A stretch of DNA of 64,000 nucleotides from Macrostomum hystrix (GCA_950097015.1 CATNEN010000033.1:4650001-4714000); one strand, 5' to 3'; positions 23,201 to 34,735 are shown, counted from the first letter of the stretch. Notes: a model not told the origin generated them from the letters alone. Numbers and translations are program-made.

Positions 23201-25235
23201 GCCGAACAGGAATCTGGGCGAGGCTGTGGCTAGATTTCTGGCGGACAGTCAGGTCTGACTCGCTTATTTAGCGCGCATTTCTACTGTTAGTAGAGTAGCT
23301 AGGGAAGAGTGCGACTCTCTACGCTATGCTCCCAGATTTACTTGTACAGTAGTTTGAGATTATTTATCGAGAAGTTGGGATTACCAAACAGAAATGTTGA
23401 GATTACCGATCAGAAATGTTTGGATTACGATCAGAAATGTTGGGATTACGATCAGAAATGTTGGGATTACGATCAGAAATGTTGGGATTACGATCAGAAA
23501 TGTTGGGATTACGATCAGAAATGTTGGGATTACGATCAGAAATGTTGGGATTACCGATCGGGACAGTTGGGATTACCGATCGGGACAGTTCGGATTACCG
23601 ATCGGGACAGTTGGGATTACCGATCGGGACAGTTCGGATTACCGATCGGGACAGTTGGGATTACCGATCGGGACAGTCGGGATTACCAATCGAAGTTTGA
23701 GGCAGCTATTGGAACTTTTTGATACAAAGCATCAGTTTTTTTATTGCTAATTGGGTGTTTAACGATTGGGAACTGGTTTTCGTTGGCCAATCAGCCGGAG
23801 GGATTGCCAGCCATCGGACATTTCCTAATAACTTGTTGCTATGCTCAACGAGTTGCTTACAATGCCGCCACCCCAATTCCCCACCCCAATTCAGAAGCTG
23901 AATGCCACTGCGAAGACCCGCCCCGCTAATGAGTCGAATGGCGACTCGGCTTCACTGCCTCATTGCCAGCAGCAGCAGCAGCAGCAGCATTGCTATCCCT
24001 GGCAGTCTAACGGTGTTTATTGCAGTTCCGACTATTCCAGCCAGCAGCAGCAGCAGTATTACCAGCAGCAGATGGCGGCATACGCAGCCTATCAGCAGAT
24101 GGGCTATTACTACCAGCCCGGCCTGCCCTACCCGATGCAGCAGCACGCGGGAGGCAGCGCGCCGATCTACGCCAACAGCGGCGAGATCGGACGGCCCTTC
24201 ACCGAATCGGAATTTCAAGTTCTGCAGGGCCAGCTGAGATCCGCGGCGCCGCTGCCTGCGGCCTACCAGAACGGCAGCTTTGAATCCGGCGGCTGTCGCT
24301 TTGCGCGTCGATGGCGCGGCCAATACCGTGACTTTCGTTACCATGGCAACGGAGGAGGACGCGGTCGCGATCGTTACGATAGACGTGGCGTCGCTAATCA
24401 AGATGACTTCGGGCCGGCTCGTTGGAGGCAGCAGCAGCAGCAGCGGTGTCAGCCATCGCGACAGTCCAGACGATCTCGGTCTAGATCCCGATCCCGATCT
24501 CGATCTTCATCTCGGCGGCATTCCAGATCGCGCGCTGGCAATCATCGCAGCCGCAGCCGCAGTCGCAGCCGCAGTCGAAGTCGTCGTCATCGTCGCGAAC
24601 GCAGTTCTCGTGAGCGCGACAAGAAGAGTTCCTCGATTCCCAAGCGCAGGCGAATTGCGGCCAGCCCCAGCCCTGTGGCCTGCAGAGCCTTCGTCAGGTC
24701 TGCCTCCATCGCGTTCGAGCTTGTGAAGGATGAGCAGTGGGAAGAGGGCAATAGAGGGGCAAGAGGAGAATGGAGTGGGATGAGGGGAAAGAAATTTTTA
24801 GGTAGAGAAGAGACGTAACTTATTAGAATTTTCTTATATAAGGACACGCACGCACCCTATAGAATATTGGAGCAGTGCGGTGGTGACAGCAGCTTGACTA
24901 CCAACGTCGCCGCCGAAGCCGCCCAATCCGTCATCGAAGCCATCGACTCGGAGTTCTTGTCTGAGAAGACCGAACCTGCCGCTGCTTCGGCCGCCATCGT
25001 CAGGTCGGACAGCGACCGGCCCGTCGACCGAGCCGAACTGGAGGAAGGCGAATGCGAGTCCGACGGCTCCGTTGTTGCCGACGACAACGCAGACGATGAC
25101 GATGATGATAGCCTGCTTGGAGACGAGATCTTCGTTGTAGAAAAGTGCGACTACCTGGACAGCCTGCTGGGCGAGGAGGGCAGCGCGGCGGCAGAAATTG
25201 AAGGCGACATCGGAACTGGCAGCGCGGCTGATTAG
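20205..25235 (+). CDS. RBBP6: RBBP6-like E3 ligase / cleavage-polyadenylation factor (DWNN, zinc knuckle, RING, RS region), ~765 aa; exons 20205-20391, 20859-20986, 22066-22217, 22456-22707, 22850-23252, 23895-24697, 24863-25235
   Basis: DWNN (IYYRFKSSL...SVRDLKAAI...DYDLQL), GLTEDEKLDLVIRQST, PPPAGYTCSRC knuckle, RVQRPSGIP..FL, AEARAQGKKEKRPF, RING (CLLC...CC...CKQC...CPAC), RS-repeat block and acidic tail. Splice phases (1,0,2,2,0,2) are consistent and sum to 2298 nt. Confidence 0.92.
20555..20690 (+). mobile_element. tRNA-derived SINE family B with CORE-like domain (RBBP6 intron 1)
   Basis: B-box GGTTCGATTCCC at 20593-20604 followed by TTTAGCAAGACATTTAACTCTGCATAGCTTCAGTTCACGCAG, which resembles the CORE/MIR segment. 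Confidence 0.6.
21040..21700. repeat. 34-bp minisatellite shifting to a 32-bp unit (RBBP6 intron 2)
   Basis: Unit GTCATTGCTCTAAACCTGTGAGTGTTTTGAGCCG; distal copies lack one TG. Confidence 0.95.
22238..22410. repeat. 29-bp minisatellite (RBBP6 intron 3)
   Basis: CCCTTCACTTCCCAATCCCTTGGCCACTT, about 6 copies. Confidence 0.95.
22745..22805. repeat. Short ~22-bp triplicate (RBBP6 intron 4)
   Basis: CACCCTGTCCTAG occurs three times in tandem. Confidence 0.8.
23385..23690. repeat. Compound 21-bp / 22-bp minisatellite (RBBP6 intron 5)
   Basis: GGGATTACGATCAGAAATGTT switches to GGGATTACCGATCGGGACAGTT near 23550. Confidence 0.95.
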
Positions 25236-25254
25236 ATTGATTTCTTCTATTTGC

Positions 25255-25705
25255 AGGGTGACTTTATTGATTGACAGGTGCGCTTATCGAATGACAGGTG
25301 TGTTTATTGATTGACAAGTGTTTTAATAACGGGCGTGTTTGTTAATTTACAGGTGTGTTTATTGATCGACAGGTGTTATTATCAAACTACAGGTGTGTTT
25401 TTTGATTGACAGGTGTTATTATCAAACTACAGGTGTGTTTTTTGATTGACAGGTGTTATTATCAAACTACAGGTGTGTTTTTTGATTGACAGGTGTTATT
25501 ATCAAACTACAGGTGTGTTTTTTGATTGACAGGTGTTATTATCAAATGACAGGTGTTTTTTATTGACAGGTGTATGTTATTGATTGACAGGTCTGTTAAT
25601 TGATCGACAGGTGCGTTTATCAATGAAAGGTGTGTTTATCGAGTGAAAGGTGTGTTTATCGAGTGACAGGTGTGTTTATCGAGTGACAGGTGTGTTTTTA
25701 ATTGG
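25255..25705. repeat. ACAGGTGT-core minisatellite (~20-bp subunits, 40-bp dimer) downstream of RBBP6
   Basis: Exact 40-bp period at 25370-25545, degenerate at the flanks. Confidence 0.88.
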
Positions 25706-26284
25706 CAGATATGCTATGTTAAAGAATATATAGTTTTGTTTGAGTGTCGTCAGATTTATCGCTAATTATAATTCCACTAATATCCTTTGCTTTTCAGAAG
25801 CCCGCTATTCTTGATTTTCTGCAGCACTAGGCCTACTGCTTGGCCAGGAACTGTCATTGTCTGCATCGGTCTTTGTTTCGCTTTTGTCTGCTGGTGTTGT
25901 GGTGTTTTCTTAGAATAAATATATTGATGTATTTTCTGATCTCACGGTTTTCTTAGAAAAAATATTCTTACTTCTGTTGATGTCGTCTTCCAGATCTGTG
26001 ATTGCGAGTCAGTTGCCCAATGTTTTAGCGCGGATATTTTTTTGTTGTGTCTTTCTAATTAGATTTAGCCGGCTACAGTCCCCTATTTTGTTAGTCATGG
26101 TTTTACGCATCTTCCAGTGCGGTGTTCCCAGCTTCCCTGAGTCTTGTTTTGCTGTTTTATTCCGACTGCTTCAATAATTGCCACAGTTTATGATCAGTTA
26201 TGGTCCCGCTTGCAGTGGCTGCTACTGGACTGTCTAGTGATCCAGATTGTCTCTGGGTCATTGACCCAAGATCCATTGTGGTGC

Positions 26285-27110
26285 CCTGATCCCAGATCCT
26301 TCAGTGATCCCCTGATCCCAGATACTTCAATGATCCCCTGATCCCAGATACTTCAGTGATCCCCTGATCCCAGATACTTCAGTGATCCCCTGATCCCAGA
26401 TACTTGAATGATCCCCTGATCCCAGATACTTCAGTGATCCCCTGATCCCAGATACTTCAGTGATCCCCTGATCCCAGATACTTCAGTGATCCCCTGATCT
26501 TTCAGTGATCCCCTGTTCCCAGATACTTCAGTGATCCTCTGATCCCTGATACTTCAATGATCCCCTGATCCCAGATACTTCAGTGATCCCCTGATCCCAG
26601 ATACTTCAATAATCCCCTATTCCAGATACTTCAGTGATCCCCTGTTCCCAGATACTTCAGTGATCCTCTGATCCCAGATACTTCAATGATCCCCTGATCC
26701 CAGATACTTCAGTGATCCCCTGATCTTTCAGTGATCCCCTGTTCCCAGATACTTCAGTGATCCTCTGATCCCAGATACTTCAATAATCCCCTGATCTTTC
26801 AGTGATCCCCTGATCCCAGATACTTCAATGATCCTCTGATCCCAGATACTTCAATGATCCCCTGATCCCAGATACTTTAGTGATCCCCTGATCCCAGATA
26901 CTTCAGTGATCCCCTGATCCCAGATACTTCAATGATCCCCTGTTCCCAGATACTTCAATGATCCTCTGATCCCAGATACTTCAGTGATCCCCTGATCCCA
27001 GATACTTTAGTGATCCCATGATCCTAGATACTTTATTAATCCCAGATCTCACATCCCTGAGCGATTCTAAATCCCAGATATCTCAGTGATCCCTGATCCT
27101 ACATGCTTTA
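26285..27110. repeat. 26-bp minisatellite (GTGATCCCCTGATCCCAGATACTTCA)
   Basis: About 30 copies with internal-deletion variants. Confidence 0.95.
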
Positions 27111-28034
27111 GTGGTTCTTGATCCTAGATATTAAATAAACGCGTTAATTTTGTATTTTGTGCCAGTCCCTGAGTAGTGCAAAACCTGTGCCAGGATCTTG
27201 TTCAGTCTGGAAGGTGTACTTTTAGTTCGCCACTGCAAGCCGACGCAGTTTTGTTAAAGTTGTCTGATTTTACGGCTCCTTTCCGCTTTCATGCGACCTT
27301 TTTTCAGACAAGTCTGCCTTTCTGTTTATCTTTTTCTGTCTGACTGTTTTCAAGAGTTTTTGGTGCATTGTTCTATTTTTCGTGTACAATCATTTATCTA
27401 TTTACCAGCAATAAGTGCTTTTTAAATTTGAAATTCTGTTTTTGTTAGTTTTCTAAATCTGTGCTTTCCTGGTGTCGGTGATTTGTGTCTGCCCTAGCAT
27501 CACCGCATCCCGTGACAGCAAATTGCAGACATTTTCTTTCGCACCGTTGCCCCCCATTTCCAAGAAGTACAAAATTTTTTTTGCATTTCATATTTTCGTC
27601 GGACACTTGTGTTAGAAGCTGGGTCACATTTTACCACCCCTTTGTCTAGTCCGATAAGTCATTCGGCATTAGTCAGCTGGTAATTGATGTGTTGTGTTGT
27701 GTTGATAGTGAGGATTATATTTTTATGCTTTTGTGATTTGCCGAAGACATGCTCAGCTGTCTCAATGGTGATGTTGTGAAGCAAATGAAATTGATTATTT
27801 ATATTTTACTGCACAATATATACGCGTGACAAGCCAGGTTCAGTTTATTTGACTTTGAATCACTGCTGTTTCTGCTGTGAGGCTTTCCTTTCTTTTCCTG
27901 TCACATTCTAGGATTTGGCTGTGTCTAGCTGGAGATCCTATTATTCAAAGAAAATTATACTGAAATCACCATGGAAACAAAAGTTTATAAGAAATAGAAA
28001 TACCGATTTTACGGGAGTAAATTCCAAGGTGAAA

Positions 28035-28124
28035 GTGAAATCCCACGGATGCTAGGGAAATCCCAAAGCCTCGAGGGAAATCCCTAAATCGTGAGGGAAA
28101 TCCCAAATTCGCTATGGAAGTCCC
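28035..28124. repeat. 20-bp-phased array of GGGAAATCCC palindromic sites
   Basis: Perfect sites at 28055, 28075 and 28095; degenerate sites at 28035 and 28115. Confidence 0.8.
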
Positions 28125-28229
28125 TAAATTGTAAACCTATCAATTCTGAGTTTGATTGCAGCCAATCTGTTCAACATTATGCTGTTATGTTCTATATAAA
28201 GTCTGATTTATTGCTTCAGCAACTACAGT

Positions 28230-29510
28230 ATGACACACCAGCATCACCAGCATCACCACGGAGGCGGCGATCCTCATCATCACGACTTATTCGCCATGGA
28301 AGACATGCTCAGACGCGACTTTGAGCTGAAGAAGCACAAAGTGGCTCAATTTCTTGTTCAGGCTGGGCTGAAGGAAGGTCAGTTTAGCTATTTTTAAAGG
28401 AATAGCTAAACCGATACCCACCTGAAACAACCGATACCCACCTGAAACAACCGATACCCACCTGAAACAACCAATACCCCACCTGAAACAACCAATGCCC
28501 ACCTGAAACAACCGATACCCACCTGAAACAACCGATACCCACCTGAAACAACCAATACCCCACCTGAAACAACCAATGCCCCTCCTGAAACAACCAATAC
28601 CCACCTGAAACAACCGATACCCACCTGAAACAACCAATGCCCCTCCTGAAACAACCAATACCCACCTGAAACAACCAATGCGCCTCCTGAAACAACCAAT
28701 AACTCACCTGACATACCCAATATCCTGCCTGACGAAGCCCATACCTTATCTGACACGGCCCATATTAATCCTGACCCATTGACACAACGCTGATCCATTA
28801 CCGGACCCGATGCAGGCCAGCAGGTGCTGGAGCTGGGCTGTGGGTTCGCGCCCCTACTGGAGCTGTACTGCGACACGGTGGGTCCGACCGGCAGCGTGAC
28901 CCTGGTTGACCCGGAGCCGCGTCTGGCGGAGCGCCTGGCGTCGCGGTTGGCCGGCCGGCCGAACACCCGCTTCGTGACCGGTCGCGCCGAGGACCTGGCC
29001 ACGGGCGAAGCGGCCCGCGCGGTCGGCGGCAGCGGCTTCGACATGGCGGTGATGGTCAACGTGTTCCACCACCTGGCCGACCCGCCAGCCGCCCTGGCCG
29101 CCCTCCGCGGCACTCTCCGTCAGGACGGAGGCCGCCTCGTCATCTTCGACTTTATCCACGACACCCTGCGGCTGTTCGTGTCCGGCGCAGCCTCCGCCAC
29201 CGCCCGGACAGTCCAGGGGCGACTGGCCGACCTCCTGCGGCCGGCCGCCTCGCCCGTCACCGCCCGCTGCGCCGACTGCCTCGCCGCTGCCGGCTTCCGT
29301 CTGAGCCTTCGCGACTCCTTCGTCCTGCAGGACCGGCTGAGCTCGCCGCTGGGCCAGTTCTACTCGGACATGCCGCGGCTGCTGCACGGCCTGGAGGTCG
29401 GCGGCAAGATGGCGGCGCTGGCCAGCGACTTGGACACCCTGCGCCAGGAGGACCCGGAGGCCGTCATCTTCAGTGACATTCACGTCATGCTGGCTGCGGA
29501 TGTGCAGTGA
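28230..29510 (+). CDS. Class I SAM-dependent methyltransferase with His-rich N-terminus, copy A; exons 28230-28377 and 28816-29510 (~280 aa)
   Basis: MTHQHHQHHHGGGDPHHH...; motif I VLELGCGF, VGPTGSVTLVD, FDMAVMVNVFHHLADP, GGRLVIFD. Phase-1 GT-AG intron. Confidence 0.85.
28411..28710. repeat. 20-bp minisatellite in the methyltransferase A intron (CACCTGAAACAACCGATACC)
   Basis: About 14 copies. Confidence 0.95.
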
Positions 29511-29771
29511 CGGCTGTCATTCGGTCACGGGGCGCTGCACACTGCGATTTCGCGCCGTTCAATCCCGATTTGTTCACAAGCTTATAAGTGTTTTTAACAC
29601 CGTGAATTTTCTACGACTTTTTCTCTACTTATGGTAGAATCATGCGTGTTTTTATCCCTATTTATAATATACCACATTGACACACAAAATTGCTGAAATA
29701 GCACTTATCCGATTTGGATCTAGCTTCGCTGTTTTCGCTTTTCGCAAAGACCTTGCAGCGGACCGAGGTGT

Positions 29772-30632
29772 CATATCTCATAGGGCAGGTTGTGTGAGAT
29801 CTCATAGGGCAGGGCGTGTGAGATCTCATAGGGCAGGGTGAGTGAGATCTCATAGAGCAGGGTGAGTGAGATCTCATAGAGCAGGCTGAGTGGGATCTCA
29901 TAGAGCAGGGTGAGTGAGATCTCAGAGCAGGCTGAGTGAGATCTCATAGAGCAGGGTGAGTGAGATCTCATAGAGCAGGGTGAGTGAGATCTCATAGAGC
30001 AGGGTGAGTGAGATCTCATAGAGCAGGGTGAGTGAGATCTCATAGAGCAGGGTGAGTGAGATCTCATAGAGCAGGGTGAGAGATCTCATAGAGCAGGGTG
30101 TGTGAGATCTCATAGAGCAGGGTGAGTTAGATCTCATAGAGCAGGGTGAGTGAGATCTCATAGAGCAGGCTGAGTGGGATCTCATAGAGCAGGGTGAGTG
30201 GGATCTCATAGAGCAGGGTGAGTGAGATCTCAGAGCAGGGTGTGTGAGATCTCATAGAGCAGGGTGTGTGAGATCTCATAGAGCAGGGTGAGTGAGATCT
30301 CATAGAGCAGGGTGAGTGAGATCTCATAGAGCAGGGTGAGTGAGATCTCATAGAGCAGGGTGAGTGAGATCTCATAGAGCAGGGTGAGTGAGATCTCATA
30401 GAGCAGGGTGAGAGATCTCATAGAGCAGGGTGTGTGAGATCTCATAGAGCAGGGTGAGTTAGATCTCATAGAGCAGGGTGAGTGAGATCTCATAGAGCAG
30501 GCTGAGTGGGATCTCATAGAGCAGGGTGAGTGAGATCTCATAGAGCAGGCTGAGTGAGATCTCATAGAGCAGGGTGAGTGGGATCTCATAGAGCAGGGTG
30601 AGTGAGATCTCAGAGCAGGCTGAGTGGGATCT
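29772..30632. repeat. 24-bp minisatellite between the two methyltransferase genes (GAGATCTCATAGAGCAGGGTGAGT)
   Basis: About 35 copies. Confidence 0.96.
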
Positions 30633-30746
30633 CATTTGGCAATCTTGGGAATCACGCTAGGCATTATCCCAGCTTCAAAAAACCTTGACAATATCTGTTC
30701 AATGAGGTTACTGCAGCTCTCAACGCTATCCTTCATTATTGCAGCC

Positions 30747-31998
30747 ATGTCGATTGAGCATCAGCATCAGCATCAGGTTGGAGATGTCAGCGACGGAAGC
30801 GACCACCATCACCACGGCTCATTCATCGACATGGAGGATATCTTGACTCGCTACTTTGAGGTGATGAAGAACAGAATTGTGGACTTTCTTAAGAGGGCCG
30901 GGCTAAGTGAAGGTGAGTTATATTTTCGCACGTTGTTACTCGCGTGAGTAGGCTGTACAAAAGGGCAATTCCTTAAACATCAATCATATAACCATTTACG
31001 ATAAAGTCTGACCCATTCCAATTAGCTCATCTGAGATAACTGTGACCCATCTGAGATAACTGTGACCCATCTGAGATAACCGTGACCCATCTGAGATAAC
31101 CGTGACCCATCTGAGATAACTGTGACCCATCTGAGATAACCGTGACCCATCTAAGATAACCGTGACCCATCTAAGATAACCGTGACCCATCTGAGATAAC
31201 TGTGACCCATCTGAGACAAGCGTGACCCATCTGGGATATCGATAAAAGTGCTGACCCGTCCCTGGACGCAATGCAGGCCAGCAGGTGCTGGAGCTGGGCT
31301 GTGGGTTCGCGCCCCTACTGGAGCTGTACTGCGACACGGTGGGTCCGACCGGCAGCGTGACCCTGGTTGACCCGGAGCCGCGTCTGGCGGAGCGCCTGGC
31401 GTCGCGGTTGGCCGGCCGGCCGAACGCCCGCTTCGTGGCCGGTCGCGCCGAGGACCTGGCCACGGGCGAAGCGGCCCGCGCGGTCGGCGGCGGCGGCTTC
31501 GACATGGCGGTGATGGTCAACGTGTTCCACCACCTGGCCGACCCGCCAGCCGCCCTGGCCGCCCTCCGCGGCACTCTCCGTCAGGACGGAGGCCGCCTCG
31601 TCATCTTCGACTTTATCCACGACACCCTGCGGCTGTTCGTGTCCGGCGCAGCCTCCGCCACCGCCCGGACAGTCCAGGGGCGACTGGCCGACCTCCTGCG
31701 GCCGGCCGCCTCGCCCGTCACCGCCCGCTGCGCCGACTGCCTCGCCGCTGCCGGCTTCCGTCTGAGCCTTCGCGACTCCTTCGTCCTGCAGGACCGGCTG
31801 AGCTCGCCGCTGGGCCAGTTCTACTCGGAGGTGTTCCTGAAGCACTCTCTGGAGCAACTGGCTGCCCGCGGTGGCATCACTCAGGAGGAGGCCAAGGAGC
31901 TGCTGGAGCGCAGCCTGCCAGACCTGATCGCTGGAGACCCGGAGGCAGTGCTGTTCAGCGACATTCACGTCATGCTGGTCGGCGAGCTGGCCGAGTGA
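30747..31998 (+). CDS. Class I SAM-dependent methyltransferase with His-rich N-terminus, copy B; exons 30747-30912 and 31277-31998 (~295 aa)
   Basis: MSIEHQHQHQ...DHHHHG; same SAM motifs and same phase-1 intron position as copy A. An in-frame upstream ATG at 30702 is an alternative start. Confidence 0.85.
31030..31235. repeat. 20-bp minisatellite in the methyltransferase B intron (CATCTGAGATAACCGTGACC)
   Basis: About 10 copies. Confidence 0.95.
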
Positions 31999-32019
31999 AC
32001 GCAGGAGTGACTGACATTA

Positions 32020-33298
32020 AGTCAGAGTGACTGGAATTGATTCAGAGTGACTGAAATTGAATCAGAGTGACTGAAATTGAATCAGAGGGACTGAAATCTA
32101 ATCAGAGTGACTGGAATTGATTCAGAGTGACTGAAATTGATTCAGAGTGACTGGAATTGATTCAGAGTGACTGGAATTGATTCAGAGTGACTGAAATTGA
32201 ATCAGAGTGACTGAAATTGAATCAGAGTGACTGAAATCTAATCAGAGGGACTGAAATCTAATCAGAGTGACTGAAATTGATTCAGAGTGACTGAAATTGA
32301 TTCAGAGTGAATGAAATCTAATCAGAGGGACTGAAATCTAATCAGAGGGACTGAAATCTAATCAGAGTGACTGAAATTGATTCAGAGTGACTGAAATTGA
32401 TTCAGAGTGACTGAAATCTAATCAGAGTGACTGGAATTGATTCAGAGTGACTGGAATTGATTCAGAGTGACTGGAATTGATTCAGAGTGACTGAAATTGA
32501 ATCAGAGTGACTGAAATTGAATCAGAGTGACTGAAATTGAATCAGAGGGACTGAAATCTAATCAGAGTGACTGGAATTGATTCAGAGTGACTGAAATTGA
32601 TTCAGAGTGACTGGAATTGATTCAGAGTGACTGAAATCTAATCAGAGTGACTGAAATTGATTCAGAGTGACTGAAATCTAATCAGAGTGACTGGAATTGA
32701 TTCAGAGTGACTGAAATTGATTCAGAGTGACTGGAATTGATTCAGAGTGACTGAAATCTAATCAGAGTGACTGGAATTGATTCAGAGTGACTGAAATTGA
32801 TTCAGAGTGACTGGAATTGATTCAGAGTGACTGAAATCTAATCAGAGTGACTGGAATTGATTCAGAGTGACTGAAATTGATTCAGAGTGACTGAAATTGA
32901 TTCAGAGTGACTGAAATCTAATCAGAGGGACTGAAATCTAATCAGAGTGACTGGAATTGATTCAGAGTGACTGAAATTGATTCAGAGTGACTGAAATCTA
33001 ATCAGAGTGACTGGAATTGATTCAGAGTGACTGGAATTGATTCAGAGTGACTGAAATCTAATCAGAGGGACTGAAATCTAATCAGAGGGACTGAAATCTA
33101 ATCAGAGTGACTGAAATCTAATCAGAGTGACTGAAATTGATTCAGAGTGACTGAAATCTAATCAGAGTGACTGGAATTGATTCAGAGTGACTGGAATTGA
33201 TTCAGAGTGACTGGAATTGATTCAGAGTGACTGAAATTGATTCAGAGTGACTGAAATTGAATCAGAGTGACTGGAATTGATTCAGAGTGACTGAAATC
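32020..33298. repeat. 20-bp minisatellite (TCAGAGTGACTGAAATTGAT)
   Basis: About 64 copies, built from several interspersed unit variants. Confidence 0.97.
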
Positions 33299-33734
33299 TC
33301 GCAGATTGTTTCTACATGGTTTTGTTTGAAAAGCGATGCGATTATGATTTCATCAATCATCTTTGCATATTTACGAGTGTTCCAAGAAAATAAACTTTTC
33401 AATGACAAAAATGCTATGTGAAGATTTCCATTTCAAAGCATGAAACCATTCAAAACTAATATCTCGGGCCCTAGTAACAGACTTATTTTTTATCGGTGCA
33501 ATCAACTTTGGTCATAGACTATTTAACGTGGCTATAGAATTTCCGCGACAAACTCTTTCTGGTGCTCAGCTAAGAGTACAAGACACCGCTCTGATTGAAA
33601 CTAACTGCGGTGTTATAATAATATTGCTACTTTTTACTGCTCAAAGCCTGCTCAACATGCCCTACCGCTGTGTACAAGGTCAGTTGCCCAGTGAAATCTC
33701 TATGCGACTCAGTCGTCTAGACTTGTTCGGCCGA

Positions 33735-34190
33735 AGTAGTGAATAATCTACAGGATAGACCTGAGTAGTGAAGAATCTACAGGATAGACCTGAGTAGTGA
33801 AGAATCTTCAGGATAGACCTGAGTAGTGAAGAATCTTCAGGATAGACCTGAGTAGTGAAGAATCTACAGGATAGACCTGAGTAGTGAAGAATCTACAGGA
33901 TAGACCTGAGTAGTGAAGAATCTTCAGGATAGACCTGAGTAGTGAATAATCTACAGAATGGACCTGAGTAGTGAATAATCTACAGAATAGACCTGAGTAG
34001 TGAATAATCTACAGAATAGACCTGAGTAGTGAAGAATCTACAGAATAGACCTGAGTAGTGAATAATCTACAGAATAGACCTGAGTAGTGAAGAATCTACA
34101 GAATAGACCTGAGTAGTGAATAATCTACAGAATGGACCTGAGTAGTAAATAATCTACAGAATAGACCTGAGTAGTGAATAATCTTCAGGA
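33735..34190. repeat. 29-bp minisatellite (GATAGACCTGAGTAGTGAAGAATCTACAG)
   Basis: About 15 copies. Confidence 0.95.
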
Positions 34191-34318
34191 CAACTTCAGT
34201 TAAAAATAATGTTCAGGATTAGCCTCAGTAGCAGAGTGTTCAGGATTAACCTCAGTAGGGATAAACAATGGGGAAACCTTTGAGAAGAGTTGGGAAGAAA
34301 GAGAATAACGAGTGGATC

Positions 34319-34735
34319 ATGAGTGAGTCCATCCCGAACCTGTCAACAGTGGCTGTTGTGTCGCTGACGCTGCTCATCCTGTGCGCTGTCGGTGCCGCCC
34401 TGCCGCTGCCGGATTCGCTGCAGGATCAGCTGGCCCAGGCCGGTCTCGAGTCCGAGAAGGTCCTGCGGGCGGAGCTGTTGTGCTTCGGGCAAAGGCGGGA
34501 CACACTGTTAATGCGCGAAATCTGCTTCGGCTGCGGACAGCACCAGGTCTGCGTCTGGCACTTCATGAAGGCTTTCTACGTATTGCTGGCCGCAGCCTTC
34601 CTGTTGGTGTTCGTGGCAGTCGTTCTGCTCCTCCTCGACCTCTGCGGCAGCCAGCGCAAGCCGCGCAGTTTTCCGAAGCCAGAACCGTCGAAGTTCGCCG
34701 GAGACGACCCGCCGAAGTCGGTGATTGAATGCTGA
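34319..34735 (+). CDS. Uncharacterised small single-pass membrane protein (~138 aa; alternative ATG at 34268)
   Basis: GC-rich ORF in AT-rich surroundings. Signal-peptide-like VAVVSLTLLILCAVGAA, four-Cys ectodomain, TM segment AFYVLLAAAFLLVFVAVVLLLL, and a short basic/Pro tail. Confidence 0.65.
   Translation: MSESIPNLSTVAVVSLTLLILCAVGAALPLPDSLQDQLAQAGLESEKVLRAELLCFGQRRDTLLMREICFGCGQHQVCVWHFMKAFYVLLAAAFLLVFVAVVLLLLDLCGSQRKPRSFPKPEPSKFAGDDPPKSVIEC

Noticed and set aside
28816-31998. Bacterial contamination explaining the GC-rich methyltransferase ORFs
   Set aside because: Each has a spliceosomal intron at the same position filled with host-type minisatellites, and their GC content matches host exons.
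33656-33680. Micro-exon MPYRCVQ followed by G|GTCAGT as first exon of the membrane protein
   Set aside because: No phase-compatible acceptor with a pyrimidine tract leads into the 34268/34319 frame.
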